This document shows positions 27,472 through 38,017 of a DNA stretch of 64,000 bases, in pieces; position 1 is the first letter of the stretch; each line of letters opens with the position of its first letter. Source of the DNA: Candidatus Falkowbacteria bacterium RIFOXYC2_FULL_36_12 (lineage in GTDB: Bacteria; Patescibacteriota; Patescibacteriia; UBA11705); assembly GCA_001778235.1 (NCBI GenBank), contig MFGJ01000001.1:165605-229604 (forward strand), read 5' to 3'. Under the pieces are notes generated by a model that saw only the letters and a program-made list of their open reading frames with translations, had not been told where the DNA came from and searched no databases. Position numbers and translations under genes: made by a program.

Positions 27472-28125
27472 ATGGAAATCAAGTGTTGCAAGTCAGTGAC
27501 ATTCAAATGGCGGTTGGAATCTTTGCGATACAGATATTGTGTCCCTGCTGAATTTTCAAATGGAGAGTGGACGAATGTTGATTTGGAAAAAGTAATTGAA
27601 GTTGTGTATTTTGGCTTGCTTGAAAAGAATATTGGTAGAGCAAGTATTTGCGAAATTACTCCGACGACTTTGGTCTTGTTCCAGATTCACTATTGTAGTG
27701 AGCAGACGATTTTTGTCAGAGGTAGTGAATATGAGATGAGAGATTTGTTGCAGTTGATTCTCCTCAAAATCAGATGGGAAAAGGAATTTGGTGATCAAGT
27801 GTCAGGTGACACTGGGACTTCGATTGAACGATTCAGACGAGTAGTGGGAGATGATTTGGTGTCACGAGTAACAGTTTCATCGGATAAAATGCAACAAATG
27901 GCAGTACTGATTGGACAGAATGGTAGAGAGTCTTATCGAGTATCATATTCTCACATGATGGCACTGTTCATGTTTCTGGGGTTGACTGATGATGAGATGT
28001 CAAGCTTTTATGAAATGTATTACAATTATGGACAAGGAAAGAATTTGATTCCTTTGGTGATGTGGAAGATTGATGAACCGGATATTTCTCTGGAATTGTT
28101 ACATGAACTCATGACTGCGGTCTAA
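27472..28125 (+). CDS. Hypothetical protein (paralog motif MFLGLTDDEMSSF shared with 1564..2460)
   Basis: ORF preceded by a GGGGGGAAG RBS. Confidence 0.4.
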   Translation: MEIKCCKSVTFKWRLESLRYRYCVPAEFSNGEWTNVDLEKVIEVVYFGLLEKNIGRASICEITPTTLVLFQIHYCSEQTIFVRGSEYEMRDLLQLILLKIRWEKEFGDQVSGDTGTSIERFRRVVGDDLVSRVTVSSDKMQQMAVLIGQNGRESYRVSYSHMMALFMFLGLTDDEMSSFYEMYYNYGQGKNLIPLVMWKIDEPDISLELLHELMTAV

Positions 28126-28189
28126 TATTAGAGAGCGTGTAAATTATGCGTTCTTTTTTTATTAATAAATTCAGTGATATAATGAATTT

Positions 28190-28741
28190 ATGAATAAAGA
28201 ATTTGAAGCAACAGCTGATTTTGCCAATATTTATAGTAAGATTCTGGATTATCTTGCTCGGCAGGACTATTCCGAAGCTAAACTTCTAGAAAAGGTTTTG
28301 AATTTGCCAAAGTATTATTCAAAGACAAAGAGGTATGAAAACTATACGCGGGAAAATGTTGAAGCTGTAATAGAAGTATTAAAGGAAAAAGGATTGATAG
28401 ATGAAAATAAGTTTCTTGAACGAATGTTGGAGAGGTCGTTGAGTGGAGAGCATGGGCTTAGACGAATTCAACAGAAAATGTATCAGCGAAGGTATAAAAA
28501 AGAAAATATAAAAAAAGTTTTAGATGAGTTTCAGGAAAAAAATATACAATTTGATTTGACGAGAATAAGTGAAAAAACAAAAAAGAAAAAACAGGATTTT
28601 GAAAGAAAATATAAAGGTGATAAAGTAAAGTTGAGTCAGATCAGAGGTAGGTTGTTTCAATTTCTTGGTCAGAAAGGGTATGGGGTTGAGGAAATTAATA
28701 AGGTTTTGAAAGAATTATACCCTGAAATGAATTCAGGGTGA
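28190..28741 (+). CDS. RecX-like regulatory protein (tentative). The 3' end and stop codon are supplied by an F2 repeat.
   Basis: ILDYLARQDYSEAKLLEKV resembles the RecX N-terminal motif (LxxLSRRxxSxxEL). Weak. Confidence 0.4.
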   Translation: MNKEFEATADFANIYSKILDYLARQDYSEAKLLEKVLNLPKYYSKTKRYENYTRENVEAVIEVLKEKGLIDENKFLERMLERSLSGEHGLRRIQQKMYQRRYKKENIKKVLDEFQEKNIQFDLTRISEKTKKKKQDFERKYKGDKVKLSQIRGRLFQFLGQKGYGVEEINKVLKELYPEMNSG

Positions 28742-29100
28742 CAAGTGGGGGTTGGTTGATTATACCCTGAAATCCATCTTCGTTAAAACTTCCGACTACG
28801 CTCTTTTGGGAGCTTCGACGGACAAGTCGATGGACAAGCAAATTCAGAGCCTGCCCTGAATTTAGTTCAGGGGTGACAAGTGGGAGATCCTGAAATCCAT
28901 CTTCGTTAAAACTTCCGACTACGCTCTTTTGGGAGCTTCGACGGACAAGTCGCTGGACAAGCAAGTTCAGAGCCTGCCCTGAATTTAGTTCAGGGATGAC
29001 GAGTGTTGGGTTCAGAGCTTGCCCTGAATTAATTTCAGGGGTGACAAGTGAGGTGTTTAGGGTGACGAATTAATGATATCAGGGTGAGGGTTGGTGGTTG
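28742..29100. repeat. Repeat island: F2 hairpins (ccctgaa-N-ttcaggg + tgacaagtg) and two tandem ~117-bp F3 units
   Basis: Direct reading. gtgacaagtg occurs at least 5 times. F3 units at about 28775-28875 and 28893-28993. Confidence 0.8.
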
Positions 29101-29101
29101 A

Positions 29102-29734
29102 TTGTTAAATAAAAATAAATTTATGAAGAAAAAAATGTTGTGGTTTGGATTGATTCTAGTTTTATTAATAATCGGAGTAGCGTTGTATATTTATTTTGTA
29201 ATTGGTCCGCAGTCTTTATGTGATTCAAAAGATGGAAATTGTGTACCTGTAACAAATTTTGAAGAATGTATTGAAGCAGGAAATCCAATTATGGAAAGTT
29301 ATCCTCGTCAATGTCGGAACAATGATCAATTGTTTGTTGAGGAGATCAATGTTAGTAATAATAATGATAAAAATAGTAATTTTATAGAAAAAGAACTAGA
29401 AGACACGGACAAGGAGGAACAATTGGAAAGTCGGGATAGTATGCAGGCAAGAATTGCCACGATCAAATCATGGTTTGAGGAAAATATTGGAACTTATAAG
29501 TTTGATGGAAGTAATTTGAGTTTCAAAGATTTTGAAGAAAGTTCTGATTGTAAAAAAGTTGATGGTTGTGAGGTTATGGTTTTTCAATTTAATTCAAGCC
29601 ATGCAGGATATGGTGATAGAGGTGATAGTGTTTTAGCGCAAGTAATAACAACACATGTAACGGTTTTGAAGGTAAAAAATGGTCAGGTGATTGAGGCAAT
29701 TACGGATAAGAAGTTTGATGAATTGGGTGAGTGA
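29102..29734 (+). CDS. Membrane-anchored hypothetical protein
   Basis: N-terminal TM followed by a Cys-containing soluble domain. Confidence 0.4.
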   Translation: MLNKNKFMKKKMLWFGLILVLLIIGVALYIYFVIGPQSLCDSKDGNCVPVTNFEECIEAGNPIMESYPRQCRNNDQLFVEEINVSNNNDKNSNFIEKELEDTDKEEQLESRDSMQARIATIKSWFEENIGTYKFDGSNLSFKDFEESSDCKKVDGCEVMVFQFNSSHAGYGDRGDSVLAQVITTHVTVLKVKNGQVIEAITDKKFDELGE

Positions 29735-29917
29735 ATATAAAGTTGGAAAAATGTTGAAATATTGTAATAGTGAAATAAAGTTGAAAATAGGTTGGAAATA
29801 GAGATAAAATAAAACAGGCTAGAAATTGGCTTGTTTTTATCAACAAAAAGAGGATTGAGAAGCCAGTCAAATTTTGATATAATAGTATTAGCTTAATTAG
29901 CTATTTTTTATTGTTTT

Positions 29918-32900
29918 ATGTATTTGGAACGAATTGAAATACAGGGTTTTAAGTCTTTTGCCAATAAGACTATTTTGGAATTCCCGGCTGTTTCACATAA
30001 AGATAGTAAATCTAGAAGTAAGACAGCAATTGTTGGTCCAAATGGTTCAGGAAAATCAAATATTTCTGATGCTGTTCGATGGGTTTTAGGTGAACAAAGT
30101 ATAAAGATGCTTCGAGGTAAAAAAACAGAGGATGTGATTTTCGCTGGTTCAGAGCAAAAAGCCAGATTGGGTTTTGCTGAAGTCTCATTATATCTAAATA
30201 ATGAGGATAAAACAGCGCCGATTGATTATTCGGAAATTGTTATTACAAGAAGAGTGTATAGAGATGGTGAAGGTGAGTATTTGATAAATAAGAGTAAAGT
30301 TCGGCTTTATGATATTTTGATGTTACTGGCAAAGGCGAATTTTGGGCAGAAGAGCTATAGTATTATTGGTCAGGGAATGGTGGATCATATTATTAATATT
30401 TCTCCTTGGGAAAGAAAAGAATTTTTTGATGAAGCAACTGGTGTTAAGCAGTATCAAATCAAACGAGACCAATCAATTAATCGTCTGAATCGGGCAAAGG
30501 AGAATTTAGAACAGACAAATAATATTGTGACTGAACTTGAGCCACGATTGAGGCTTTTGACTAGACAAATAAAAAAATTGGAGAAGAGAAAAGAGGTTGA
30601 ACAAAGTTTGAGACAACTACAGGAAAAATATTATGCTAGTATTTGGAAAGGTTTGAAAAAAAATCATGATGAATTTGATGAAAGATTTTCAATAAAAGAT
30701 GCATTGAAGCAAGAATTGGACAGCAAATTAGCAATATTGCAAACTAAATTGGCAGAGATTGCCAGATCAGAGTCAAGAAAAGATATTTTTAATAATTTGC
30801 AGAAAGATTATAGTAAGCTTCAGACCGAAAAAAATGATTGGCTGAAGGATTTAGCGACTGTAAAAGGTAAAATGAGTGTTGAATATGTGAAAATAGGTAA
30901 GCAGAATCTAAGTTGGTTGGAAGATAAGAAAGAAGAAATTGAAAATCGCATCAAGGAGATTCAAGAAAGTTTGAATAACATTAAAAATAAGCTTGAACAT
31001 AAGCGGGAAAAATTGTCGGAAAAAGAAGAAAAAGAAAAAGATGTTTTAGATGAGTTGATTGTTTTAGAAAATAATTTGAAATCTGTTGAATCAGCATTGG
31101 TTCAAATAAAGTCTGGTTCAACAAATTATTTTTACGATTCGGTTAGAGCAATTATTCGACAAAAAGAAACAATAGAAGGAATTTATGGCACTGTTGGTGA
31201 TTTGGCTAAACTTGATTCAATGTATGAGGTTGCTTTGTCGGTGGCAGCTGGCCACAGAACAACGGCCGTGGTGGTAAGTGATGATGAGGTGGCTGTAAAG
31301 TGCATTAATTATTTAAAAGAAAATAAATTAGCGCCTGTAACATTTTTTCCATTAAATAAAATAAAATCACAGAGTATTAGAGAAAATAATAGAGCAATCT
31401 TGGCTGAAAATGGGGTAATTGGTTTTGCAATTGATTTGATTAGTTTTGACTCAAAATTCAGGAAAGTCTATGAGCAGATTTTTGGTAGCACAATAGTTGT
31501 TGATAAGGTTGAACATGCTAGAGAGGTTGGTATTGGCAGAGAGAGAATGGTGACCTTGGGTGGAGATATTTTTGAAAAAAGTGGAATGATCAGAGGTGGT
31601 TTTCGCGTTTCAGGTAAATCAAGCTGGTTTATGACTGAAAATAATGGAAAAATAGTTTCACAAGAAGAAAAGTTGAAAGAGATTGCTATTCTGAAATCAA
31701 AAATTGAAGATTTGACTAAAGAAAAAGTTGATTTATTGACTGAAACAAATAATTTGCGAGTTGAATTGCAAGTAGATGATACAAAACAAAAAGCTTTAAG
31801 AAATGATTTAGAGGATTTGATAAAAGAACGGGATAATTTGGGCAGAGAAATATCAGACAATGAAATTGATCCAAAGGATAAAGATCGATTAGTTACACAG
31901 CTCCAAGCAAGAAGGCGAGAAATTGAAAACAAGGTAAATGCAGTTGAAGAAATAATTGTTGGTGTTAGAAGTAAAATTGATAAGTTTAATCTTGATGAAG
32001 AGAAGAAAAAAGAAGAAGTTTTTCGGTTGCAAGATGAAATGCAATCAGCCCAGAGTAAATTAAACGAAATTAGTCGTGAGGTAAATGAAATAAAAATAGA
32101 GCTGGCAAAATTGGATACTCGTGAAGAAGATTTGGTAAAAGAAGTGTTGCATGAGCTTGGAGAAAATAAGAAGATTGAGGAATTGAAAATTGAAGGTGAA
32201 GTCAATTCAGATCAGTTGTGGTTTGATATTAATAAATTGAAGCAGAGTTTGGAAATGATTGGTGGAATTGATCCTGAAGTGGTTGATGAACATAAAGAAG
32301 TTTCAGGAAGGTATGAATTTTTGAGTAAACAAACTGATGATTTGGAAAAGGCGATAAGAAATCTTGGCAAGATAGTGGAAGAACTTGATGCTGTAATAGG
32401 TAAACAGTTTAATGCTTCATTTAATAAGATAAATAAATCATTTGAACAGTATTTCAAAAAAATATTCCAGGGAGGAAAGGCTAAATTAACCTTGTTGCAA
32501 AAAGAAAAGATTGGAAAAGATGATGAGGAACAGACTGAAGCTGAACAAGCATTGATTGAAGGACAAGAAAATGAAGCGGAAGAAACAGTAAAGAAAGAGA
32601 AAGCAATATTTACCCAAACAGGAATTGATTTATATGTTTCACCGCCAAATAAAAAACTGAATACAATCTCTGCGCTTTCTGGCGGTGAAAGAACTATGAC
32701 CTCTTTGGCGCTTTTGTGTGCTATTATTGATAGCAATCCAGCTCCGTTTGTAGTGATGGATGAGGTAGATGCAGCGCTTGATGAAGCAAATTCTGAACGG
32801 TTTGCGGCAATCATTGAAGAAATAGCTTATAAAACTCAATTTGTTTTTATTACTCACAATCGTATTATTATGCATGTAGCTGATGTTTTATATGGAGTGG

Positions 32901-32974
32901 CGATGGGAGAAGATGGTGTTTCAAAAACTTTATCACTTGATATGAAAGATGCAGAAAAACAAGCAAGGGAATAG
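29918..32974 (+). CDS. smc: Chromosome segregation protein SMC (compact, 1018 aa)
   Basis: N-terminal Walker A IVGPNGSGKSN. Long coiled coils. C-terminal LSGGERTMTSLALL...VMDEVDAALD signature/Walker B. Confidence 0.85.
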   Translation: MYLERIEIQGFKSFANKTILEFPAVSHKDSKSRSKTAIVGPNGSGKSNISDAVRWVLGEQSIKMLRGKKTEDVIFAGSEQKARLGFAEVSLYLNNEDKTAPIDYSEIVITRRVYRDGEGEYLINKSKVRLYDILMLLAKANFGQKSYSIIGQGMVDHIINISPWERKEFFDEATGVKQYQIKRDQSINRLNRAKENLEQTNNIVTELEPRLRLLTRQIKKLEKRKEVEQSLRQLQEKYYASIWKGLKKNHDEFDERFSIKDALKQELDSKLAILQTKLAEIARSESRKDIFNNLQKDYSKLQTEKNDWLKDLATVKGKMSVEYVKIGKQNLSWLEDKKEEIENRIKEIQESLNNIKNKLEHKREKLSEKEEKEKDVLDELIVLENNLKSVESALVQIKSGSTNYFYDSVRAIIRQKETIEGIYGTVGDLAKLDSMYEVALSVAAGHRTTAVVVSDDEVAVKCINYLKENKLAPVTFFPLNKIKSQSIRENNRAILAENGVIGFAIDLISFDSKFRKVYEQIFGSTIVVDKVEHAREVGIGRERMVTLGGDIFEKSGMIRGGFRVSGKSSWFMTENNGKIVSQEEKLKEIAILKSKIEDLTKEKVDLLTETNNLRVELQVDDTKQKALRNDLEDLIKERDNLGREISDNEIDPKDKDRLVTQLQARRREIENKVNAVEEIIVGVRSKIDKFNLDEEKKKEEVFRLQDEMQSAQSKLNEISREVNEIKIELAKLDTREEDLVKEVLHELGENKKIEELKIEGEVNSDQLWFDINKLKQSLEMIGGIDPEVVDEHKEVSGRYEFLSKQTDDLEKAIRNLGKIVEELDAVIGKQFNASFNKINKSFEQYFKKIFQGGKAKLTLLQKEKIGKDDEEQTEAEQALIEGQENEAEETVKKEKAIFTQTGIDLYVSPPNKKLNTISALSGGERTMTSLALLCAIIDSNPAPFVVMDEVDAALDEANSERFAAIIEEIAYKTQFVFITHNRIIMHVADVLYGVAMGEDGVSKTLSLDMKDAEKQARE

Positions 32975-33057
32975 TGAAGATTGAAGATTAAAGATTAAAG
33001 ATTGAAGATTAATGTAATAATGAAATTGTTGGCTGACGGTTTGAAACCGTCAGGTAC
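32975..33057 (+). repeat. aagatt(a/g) repeats plus the ggctgacggtttgaaaccgtcagg palindrome (second copy of the element at 9003-9100)
   Basis: Direct reading. Confidence 0.7.
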
Positions 33058-33089
33058 AAATGCAAATATATTTTATTGACAAGGTATAA

Positions 33090-33116
33090 AAAAATCAGCC
33101 AATAGGCTGATTTTTG
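33090..33116. terminator. Bidirectional terminator (atcagcc-aat-aggctgat with T-runs on both sides)
   Basis: Hairpin lying between convergent genes. Confidence 0.55.
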
Positions 33117-33134
33117 TGAGGCTAAATTTTATTA

Positions 33135-35033
33135 TTAAGCTGCTTTATCAAGTTTTTCCTCGGTTAAACCTGCTTGTTTGGCTTCTTTCAGTAAGCGTTT
33201 GAGTTTATCAAGGTCTTGGGTTTCAAAATAAGTTAGCAATTGTTGATCTCTAGTTGAGAGTCTTTTGCCAGAAGCAGTTCGGCGAAATAAATCTTCTGAA
33301 TTATCTATAATTCCTTGGATATGGGCTAGACCCTGATATTCATTGGGGCTTGTTGGGTTTGGTGTGAGCCAGAAGCCGTATTTAACAAATAAATTTGAGA
33401 GCTGTTCGGCGTTATTTTCAGACTCGGTTGTTGTTTCTATTTTGGCGTGGATTAAGTCAGCAAATTCCGTTTCAATTTGATCTAAAATTTTTCCGTGAGT
33501 TTTTGGTTTTTTTAATTCTGCTAGTTCATCATAATAGGGTTTTTTTTCATCAAACGGTAATTCCATCATGTCTATAAATTCTTGTAATTGTGATAAGACA
33601 GATTTTTTTTCTTTGTCAGAGGATGCTTCGAGAAGATCTTTTTTTAAATTGTCAAATCTTGTTTGATATATTTCTGCACGATTTTTAGTTTCAGATTCTT
33701 TTGCTTGGTTTAATTTTTTTGAAAGCAGGGCTATTTTTTGTTCGGCTTGACCTAATTCATCTTTAGTTAGGCCCATTTGTCCGAGTAAACTTTTTAGGTT
33801 TTTTAGATTTTTAGAGGCCTTATTTAGGTTTCCAGAAGCAAGATTTTTTTCAAATTCTGGTTGATGGGTGCTAAAGGCTAAATCAGCGCGAGGTGCTTGG
33901 TCTGGATTTGGTTTGGATTCTGGGAACCTAGGATCAATCGAAGGACCGTGGTTGAGCTGTTCTAATTCTTCGGGGGTTAGGAGGACTTCGTTAACTTTGG
34001 CATCAAATGATGATGGCTCTATATCTGGTTTTTGAGGGATTGATTCGCTGATAGATTTTAATCTAGCAATAATTTCTTTTTGTTGAAAAGGTGTAATGTC
34101 AGACAAATAGTCATTTTCTATGTGGACTTTGAATTTGTCGAAAATAATTTTGGCATTTTCAATGTGTCCAAGTTTAATCAAATTGTCTAAAACCATTTCT
34201 TCACGATCAATTTCTTCGTGAATGTCTTGTAAAATTTTTTGTTCGTTTTCTACTTGTTGTAGTAGTTCTTGGTTTGAATCATTTGTTGGTTGTTCGGTTG
34301 TGCTTGGAGTAGAAGTTGCTGGTTTATTTTTTTCTTGATCAATAAAGGCTTTTACTTGTTCAAGTGTATCAAACAAATGGGCCTCACCCCCAGCACCTGG
34401 TGGTGGCCAAATCTCAAATCCACCAGTGATCATTTCTGACAAAGTGTAGCCTGGTGGTAAATCAAGCTGTGCTAGCTGTTCTTGGTTAAAATAATTTTTT
34501 AATTGTTCAATTGTTTCAAATGAATGTACCTGACCGTCTGGGCTGTCTACTTCATAACCGCCAGATTCTAATTGGGAAACAGAATAATTTGGTAAAATAT
34601 TAACTTGTTCTTGAATGTTTAAAAAGTCGGTTTCTGATTGTACTTGTTCTTGGAGTCTGGCAAAAGCTGATTGAGCTTCTAGTTCTATTTGGGTTAATTG
34701 TTGTTTCCCATCGCCCGAATCAACTTTTTCAATAAGTTTTTTTGTTGATGCATTGAAGTCATCAACCTCTGCTTGTGCCTGCCCGGTTATTTTCTCTTTG
34801 ACTTGATTCATGGCTTGTTCGTTTTCTTGCTTTTCAATTTTGTCAGCGATTTTTTCCCAGAAATCTTGACCGGCAAATGGTCTTTGTATTTTTTCCCAAA
34901 AAGATAACTTGATCTCGTCAGAAGATTTTTTTTCATTTTTTTCTTTCTTATCTTTTGGTTTTTCTTTGGCAATTTTTTTTCGGAGTTTATTAATTTGTTC
35001 TGGTGAGGCCATGTTAGATGCTGGGAGTGGCAT
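33135..35033 (-). CDS. Hypothetical coiled-coil-rich protein with two internal ~40-aa repeats (GGYEVDSPDGQVHSFETIEQLK / GGFEIWPPPGAGGEAHLFDTLEQVK)
   Basis: Long ORF. Repeats read directly. Confidence 0.45.
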   Translation of the reverse strand: MPLPASNMASPEQINKLRKKIAKEKPKDKKEKNEKKSSDEIKLSFWEKIQRPFAGQDFWEKIADKIEKQENEQAMNQVKEKITGQAQAEVDDFNASTKKLIEKVDSGDGKQQLTQIELEAQSAFARLQEQVQSETDFLNIQEQVNILPNYSVSQLESGGYEVDSPDGQVHSFETIEQLKNYFNQEQLAQLDLPPGYTLSEMITGGFEIWPPPGAGGEAHLFDTLEQVKAFIDQEKNKPATSTPSTTEQPTNDSNQELLQQVENEQKILQDIHEEIDREEMVLDNLIKLGHIENAKIIFDKFKVHIENDYLSDITPFQQKEIIARLKSISESIPQKPDIEPSSFDAKVNEVLLTPEELEQLNHGPSIDPRFPESKPNPDQAPRADLAFSTHQPEFEKNLASGNLNKASKNLKNLKSLLGQMGLTKDELGQAEQKIALLSKKLNQAKESETKNRAEIYQTRFDNLKKDLLEASSDKEKKSVLSQLQEFIDMMELPFDEKKPYYDELAELKKPKTHGKILDQIETEFADLIHAKIETTTESENNAEQLSNLFVKYGFWLTPNPTSPNEYQGLAHIQGIIDNSEDLFRRTASGKRLSTRDQQLLTYFETQDLDKLKRLLKEAKQAGLTEEKLDKAA

Positions 35034-35356
35034 AGTTGTTTAATAGAGTTTATTAATTTTGGCTAAAATATCTTGACTCTTTTTTTGCGATGAATTTTGC
35101 TGTTCATCTTTAAAAATAGAGAATCTCTTTTTTTGTAATGTAAGCATTTTTTGGTGAAAAGAATCATATGCCTCAACAAGGAATTGAAGCTTTTTTGTTA
35201 ATTTTGAGGTTGAAGTGCTTTTTGTTTTCATATATGTTTTAATTATATAGTTATTATAACAGAAATTTAGCAAAGGGAAAATTTATTTGTAAAATATTGT
35301 TAGGTGAGTGTTTTGGTAATCAAAGTGGTAGCATTTGTTAGAATTTTAACTCTGTA

Positions 35357-35385
35357 TTGACAAAATTGGGTTAATTTGTTAAAAT
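35357..35385 (+). promoter_or_regulatory. Sigma70-like promoter TTGACA-N17-TAAAAT
   Basis: Direct reading. About 80 nt upstream of the ORF at 35465. Confidence 0.5.
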
Positions 35386-35464
35386 ATGTGAGGAATTAGA
35401 TTAGTTCTTTTAATTTATCATGAGGCTGTGAGCGCCAGAGAAACCCGCAAACCAGGAGGAACAC

Positions 35465-36286
35465 ATGCGGAGCTCTCGGTTTATTTATGGCTTGTTTGTA
35501 CTGATGTTGTTTGTAGGCTGTGGTTCAGATGTGAATACTGGAAATTGTGAAGATGATATGGTTGAACTCGATGGTTATTGCTTTGATGAATGTGATGATA
35601 ATCGTGATTGTGTGAGAATGGGTTATGAAGATGGTTGGTCTTGTTGGCGTGGTGTGTGTGATGAAGATAGTTATTACGAGACTGGTAGAAGTAATCCGCC
35701 GATGGGTTCTTCAGATCGGTCAGATGATAATTGCTGTGATGATGATAATGATTATACACCACCGAGTAACTATAATCCGCCATATACACCTCCGTATACA
35801 CCTCCGTCTTCGAATGATGATGAGATCCCCTGGGTGCCTGATACTGCTCCTGATCCTGACAATTTGGATCGAGTGTCCTCATATACTATCAAGGTTTGTT
35901 ATGACTGGAATGATTTGCAGGACGCGGGTGCACTTTATGGTAATATTTCTTGGTCAACTGGAAATACTGGTGTGGAAGATTGGAGTCATATGAGTGGTTG
36001 GAATAGAACTATTTATCGTACCAGTTGCAATAGTTTTTGTGGATATTCATATTCTCGCGACTGTGGTTGTTATTCGGTTGTGGCGACTGATGTTTGCAAG
36101 GGATTTTGGACTGATGTGACTCGTTGGAGAGTGTCATATCCTGAAGATGCTGGTTCTGGCGCATGGCTTCGAGATGCTGTGAGGCCGGTGGCTGTGACTG
36201 TGAATGGTGTTAGGCGCGGTACATCAAAGGAATCATGGGGGTGGTTCATGGGAGCCTTCTCCAATCAGAGTGAGTGCGTACATTAG
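35465..36286 (+). CDS. Secreted cysteine-rich protein with a PPYTPPYTPP proline-rich linker
   Basis: Signal peptide with a lipobox-like FVGCGS. 20+ Cys. Confidence 0.45.
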   Translation: MRSSRFIYGLFVLMLFVGCGSDVNTGNCEDDMVELDGYCFDECDDNRDCVRMGYEDGWSCWRGVCDEDSYYETGRSNPPMGSSDRSDDNCCDDDNDYTPPSNYNPPYTPPYTPPSSNDDEIPWVPDTAPDPDNLDRVSSYTIKVCYDWNDLQDAGALYGNISWSTGNTGVEDWSHMSGWNRTIYRTSCNSFCGYSYSRDCGCYSVVATDVCKGFWTDVTRWRVSYPEDAGSGAWLRDAVRPVAVTVNGVRRGTSKESWGWFMGAFSNQSECVH

Positions 36287-36443
36287 ATAATTAAGTATAG
36301 TAAATAAAATAAGTAAAGTATAAAAAATAAACTGACATTGTTCAGTTTTTTCGTTTTAAAATAAAAGCTACCTAATATGTAAACATATAAGGTAGCTTAA
36401 GTAGGGAAATCATCCACATCAGTTGGATGAAGTTCTTGAGGTT

Positions 36444-36710
36444 TCATAAATTTTTGTTGGCTACCTGCTTTTTTTTCAAATAATTGAAAATACTTGTTAC
36501 CAGCATTGTGCCGGTGGTGCAGCCAAGCGCATACCAGAAAATTAATTGCCAATTGCTTAGATCGTTTAAAAGAGTTTGTAAAACATAGTACCAGACAAAA
36601 ATGTTTCCAAAAGTGATAATACCACTTAGTAAGATTTTTTCTTCACTAACTGTTTTGGTCCAAGCTGAAATAATGGCCATTTCCAATATGCCGATTAAGA
36701 ATAGCATCAT
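36444..36710 (-). CDS. Small membrane protein, hypothetical
   Basis: 2-3 TM ORF. Confidence 0.3.
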   Translation of the reverse strand: MMLFLIGILEMAIISAWTKTVSEEKILLSGIITFGNIFVWYYVLQTLLNDLSNWQLIFWYALGCTTGTMLVTSIFNYLKKKQVANKNL

Positions 36711-36851
36711 AAAATTGCTGTAAAATTACAAATAATCTATAGACGACCTTTATTTATCTATAAATCGTGTCCATATTATACCGCAGTTTTAGGAGTTTGT
36801 AAAGGTTGATTATTAATAAAAAAATGTTGAAATATGTTATAATAAACTAAT

Positions 36852-37820
36852 ATGATTAATGAAAATAAAATTTTAACAAGGGGAGAATTTGCTGAAATGC
36901 GTGTTAATCAACCAATTGTTGGGGAAAAAAACATGGAAAAAGGAAGGACTGAAATTTATGATTGTGATGCTGAATTATCACGAGCTATTATTGCTCGAAG
37001 ACGAAATTTTGATAATGATGTAAATGAGGTTCAGGATAATTTTTTAATTATGCCAGGAATCAATATGTACGCAGTTTTTGATGGGGCAAGCATGAGTGAT
37101 GGTGCAAGGGCGGCAAAATTGGCAGCAAAAGCCATAAAAACGAAAATTGAACAATTTTTAATTGAAAAAAATATAAGAATTCGAGAATTAAGCATTGATC
37201 AAGTAAAGAAATTATTACAACATGTGGTTCGATTTGCTAATAAAGAATTGGCTGTTCGCAATATGAATATAGAAAGTTCTGGAGAAAAATTAATTACTAC
37301 AATGACTCTAGCATTAGTGATTGAAGGTAAGTTGATAGTTGTAAATGTTGGAGATAGTCGAGCATATTTTATTCCAAATGATACTGAAATAGAGCAAATA
37401 ACAGTGGATCACGATGCGATGAGGCAGGATGCTGAACTTCGAAAGGGTTTTCCAAAAGAGATTGATGAGATAAAGCAGGGGCGAATAGAGGCAAGTGGAC
37501 TGCGTCAAGCTCAAAGAAATCCGTTACCTTTTTTAAAGAATAAAATTACAAATAGTTTAGGCCGGGGCGCTAATTTGGATGAGATTAAAGATTTCCCGTT
37601 GGATATTTTTGTTCGAGATGTTGCTTCTGGAGATAAGGTGTTATTGTGTTCTGATGGTATTACAAAAGAATTAAGTGATGATGAAATTGATAAGGGTGTG
37701 AGAGGGGTAGAAATAGGTGATATGATTTCTGGAGTAAAAGATTTGATGAAAAATGTCAGTAAAAATGAAGGGAATTCAGAACAAGATGATAAGGTTATGG
37801 CTGTAATTGAAGTCAAATAA
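36852..37820 (+). CDS. PP2C-family Ser/Thr protein phosphatase
   Basis: YAVFDGASMSDG...VVNVGDSRAY...LLCSDGI motifs. Confidence 0.65.
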   Translation: MINENKILTRGEFAEMRVNQPIVGEKNMEKGRTEIYDCDAELSRAIIARRRNFDNDVNEVQDNFLIMPGINMYAVFDGASMSDGARAAKLAAKAIKTKIEQFLIEKNIRIRELSIDQVKKLLQHVVRFANKELAVRNMNIESSGEKLITTMTLALVIEGKLIVVNVGDSRAYFIPNDTEIEQITVDHDAMRQDAELRKGFPKEIDEIKQGRIEASGLRQAQRNPLPFLKNKITNSLGRGANLDEIKDFPLDIFVRDVASGDKVLLCSDGITKELSDDEIDKGVRGVEIGDMISGVKDLMKNVSKNEGNSEQDDKVMAVIEVK

Positions 37821-37834
37821 TTTTTAATAAAAAG

Positions 37835-37858
37835 AAAAGAGCCATTGAGGCTCTTTTT
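37835..37858 (+). terminator. Rho-independent terminator (gagcc-attg-aggctc + T5)
   Basis: Hairpin plus T-run. Confidence 0.6.
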
Positions 37859-38017
37859 AGGTTTGAAATAGTTGTTTGCGGTAATTTGTAGCTGTTTTTT
37901 GTCTTTGATTGGGATTTTTTTATATAAATATTAATTTTTAAGATTATCATCGGTAGGCTGTGGTATAAAAAAACATTATTTTGACATGATGTTTTTGAAG
38001 AATTATTAAACAATATT

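Noticed and set aside
28742-29100. Possible CRISPR array (repeated gtgacaagtg hairpins; also the 9-bp tract at 8529-8636)
   Set aside because: Repeat spacing is irregular (30-120 bp), the units are nested and palindromic, there are no unique spacers of uniform length, and there are no cas genes. These are REP/MITE-like repeats or simple tandem repeats.
31468-32875. Antisense ORFs inside smc (31468..32205, 32212..32814, 32639..32875)
   Set aside because: They sit opposite a well-supported SMC CDS and are Ser-rich frames of coiled-coil coding DNA.
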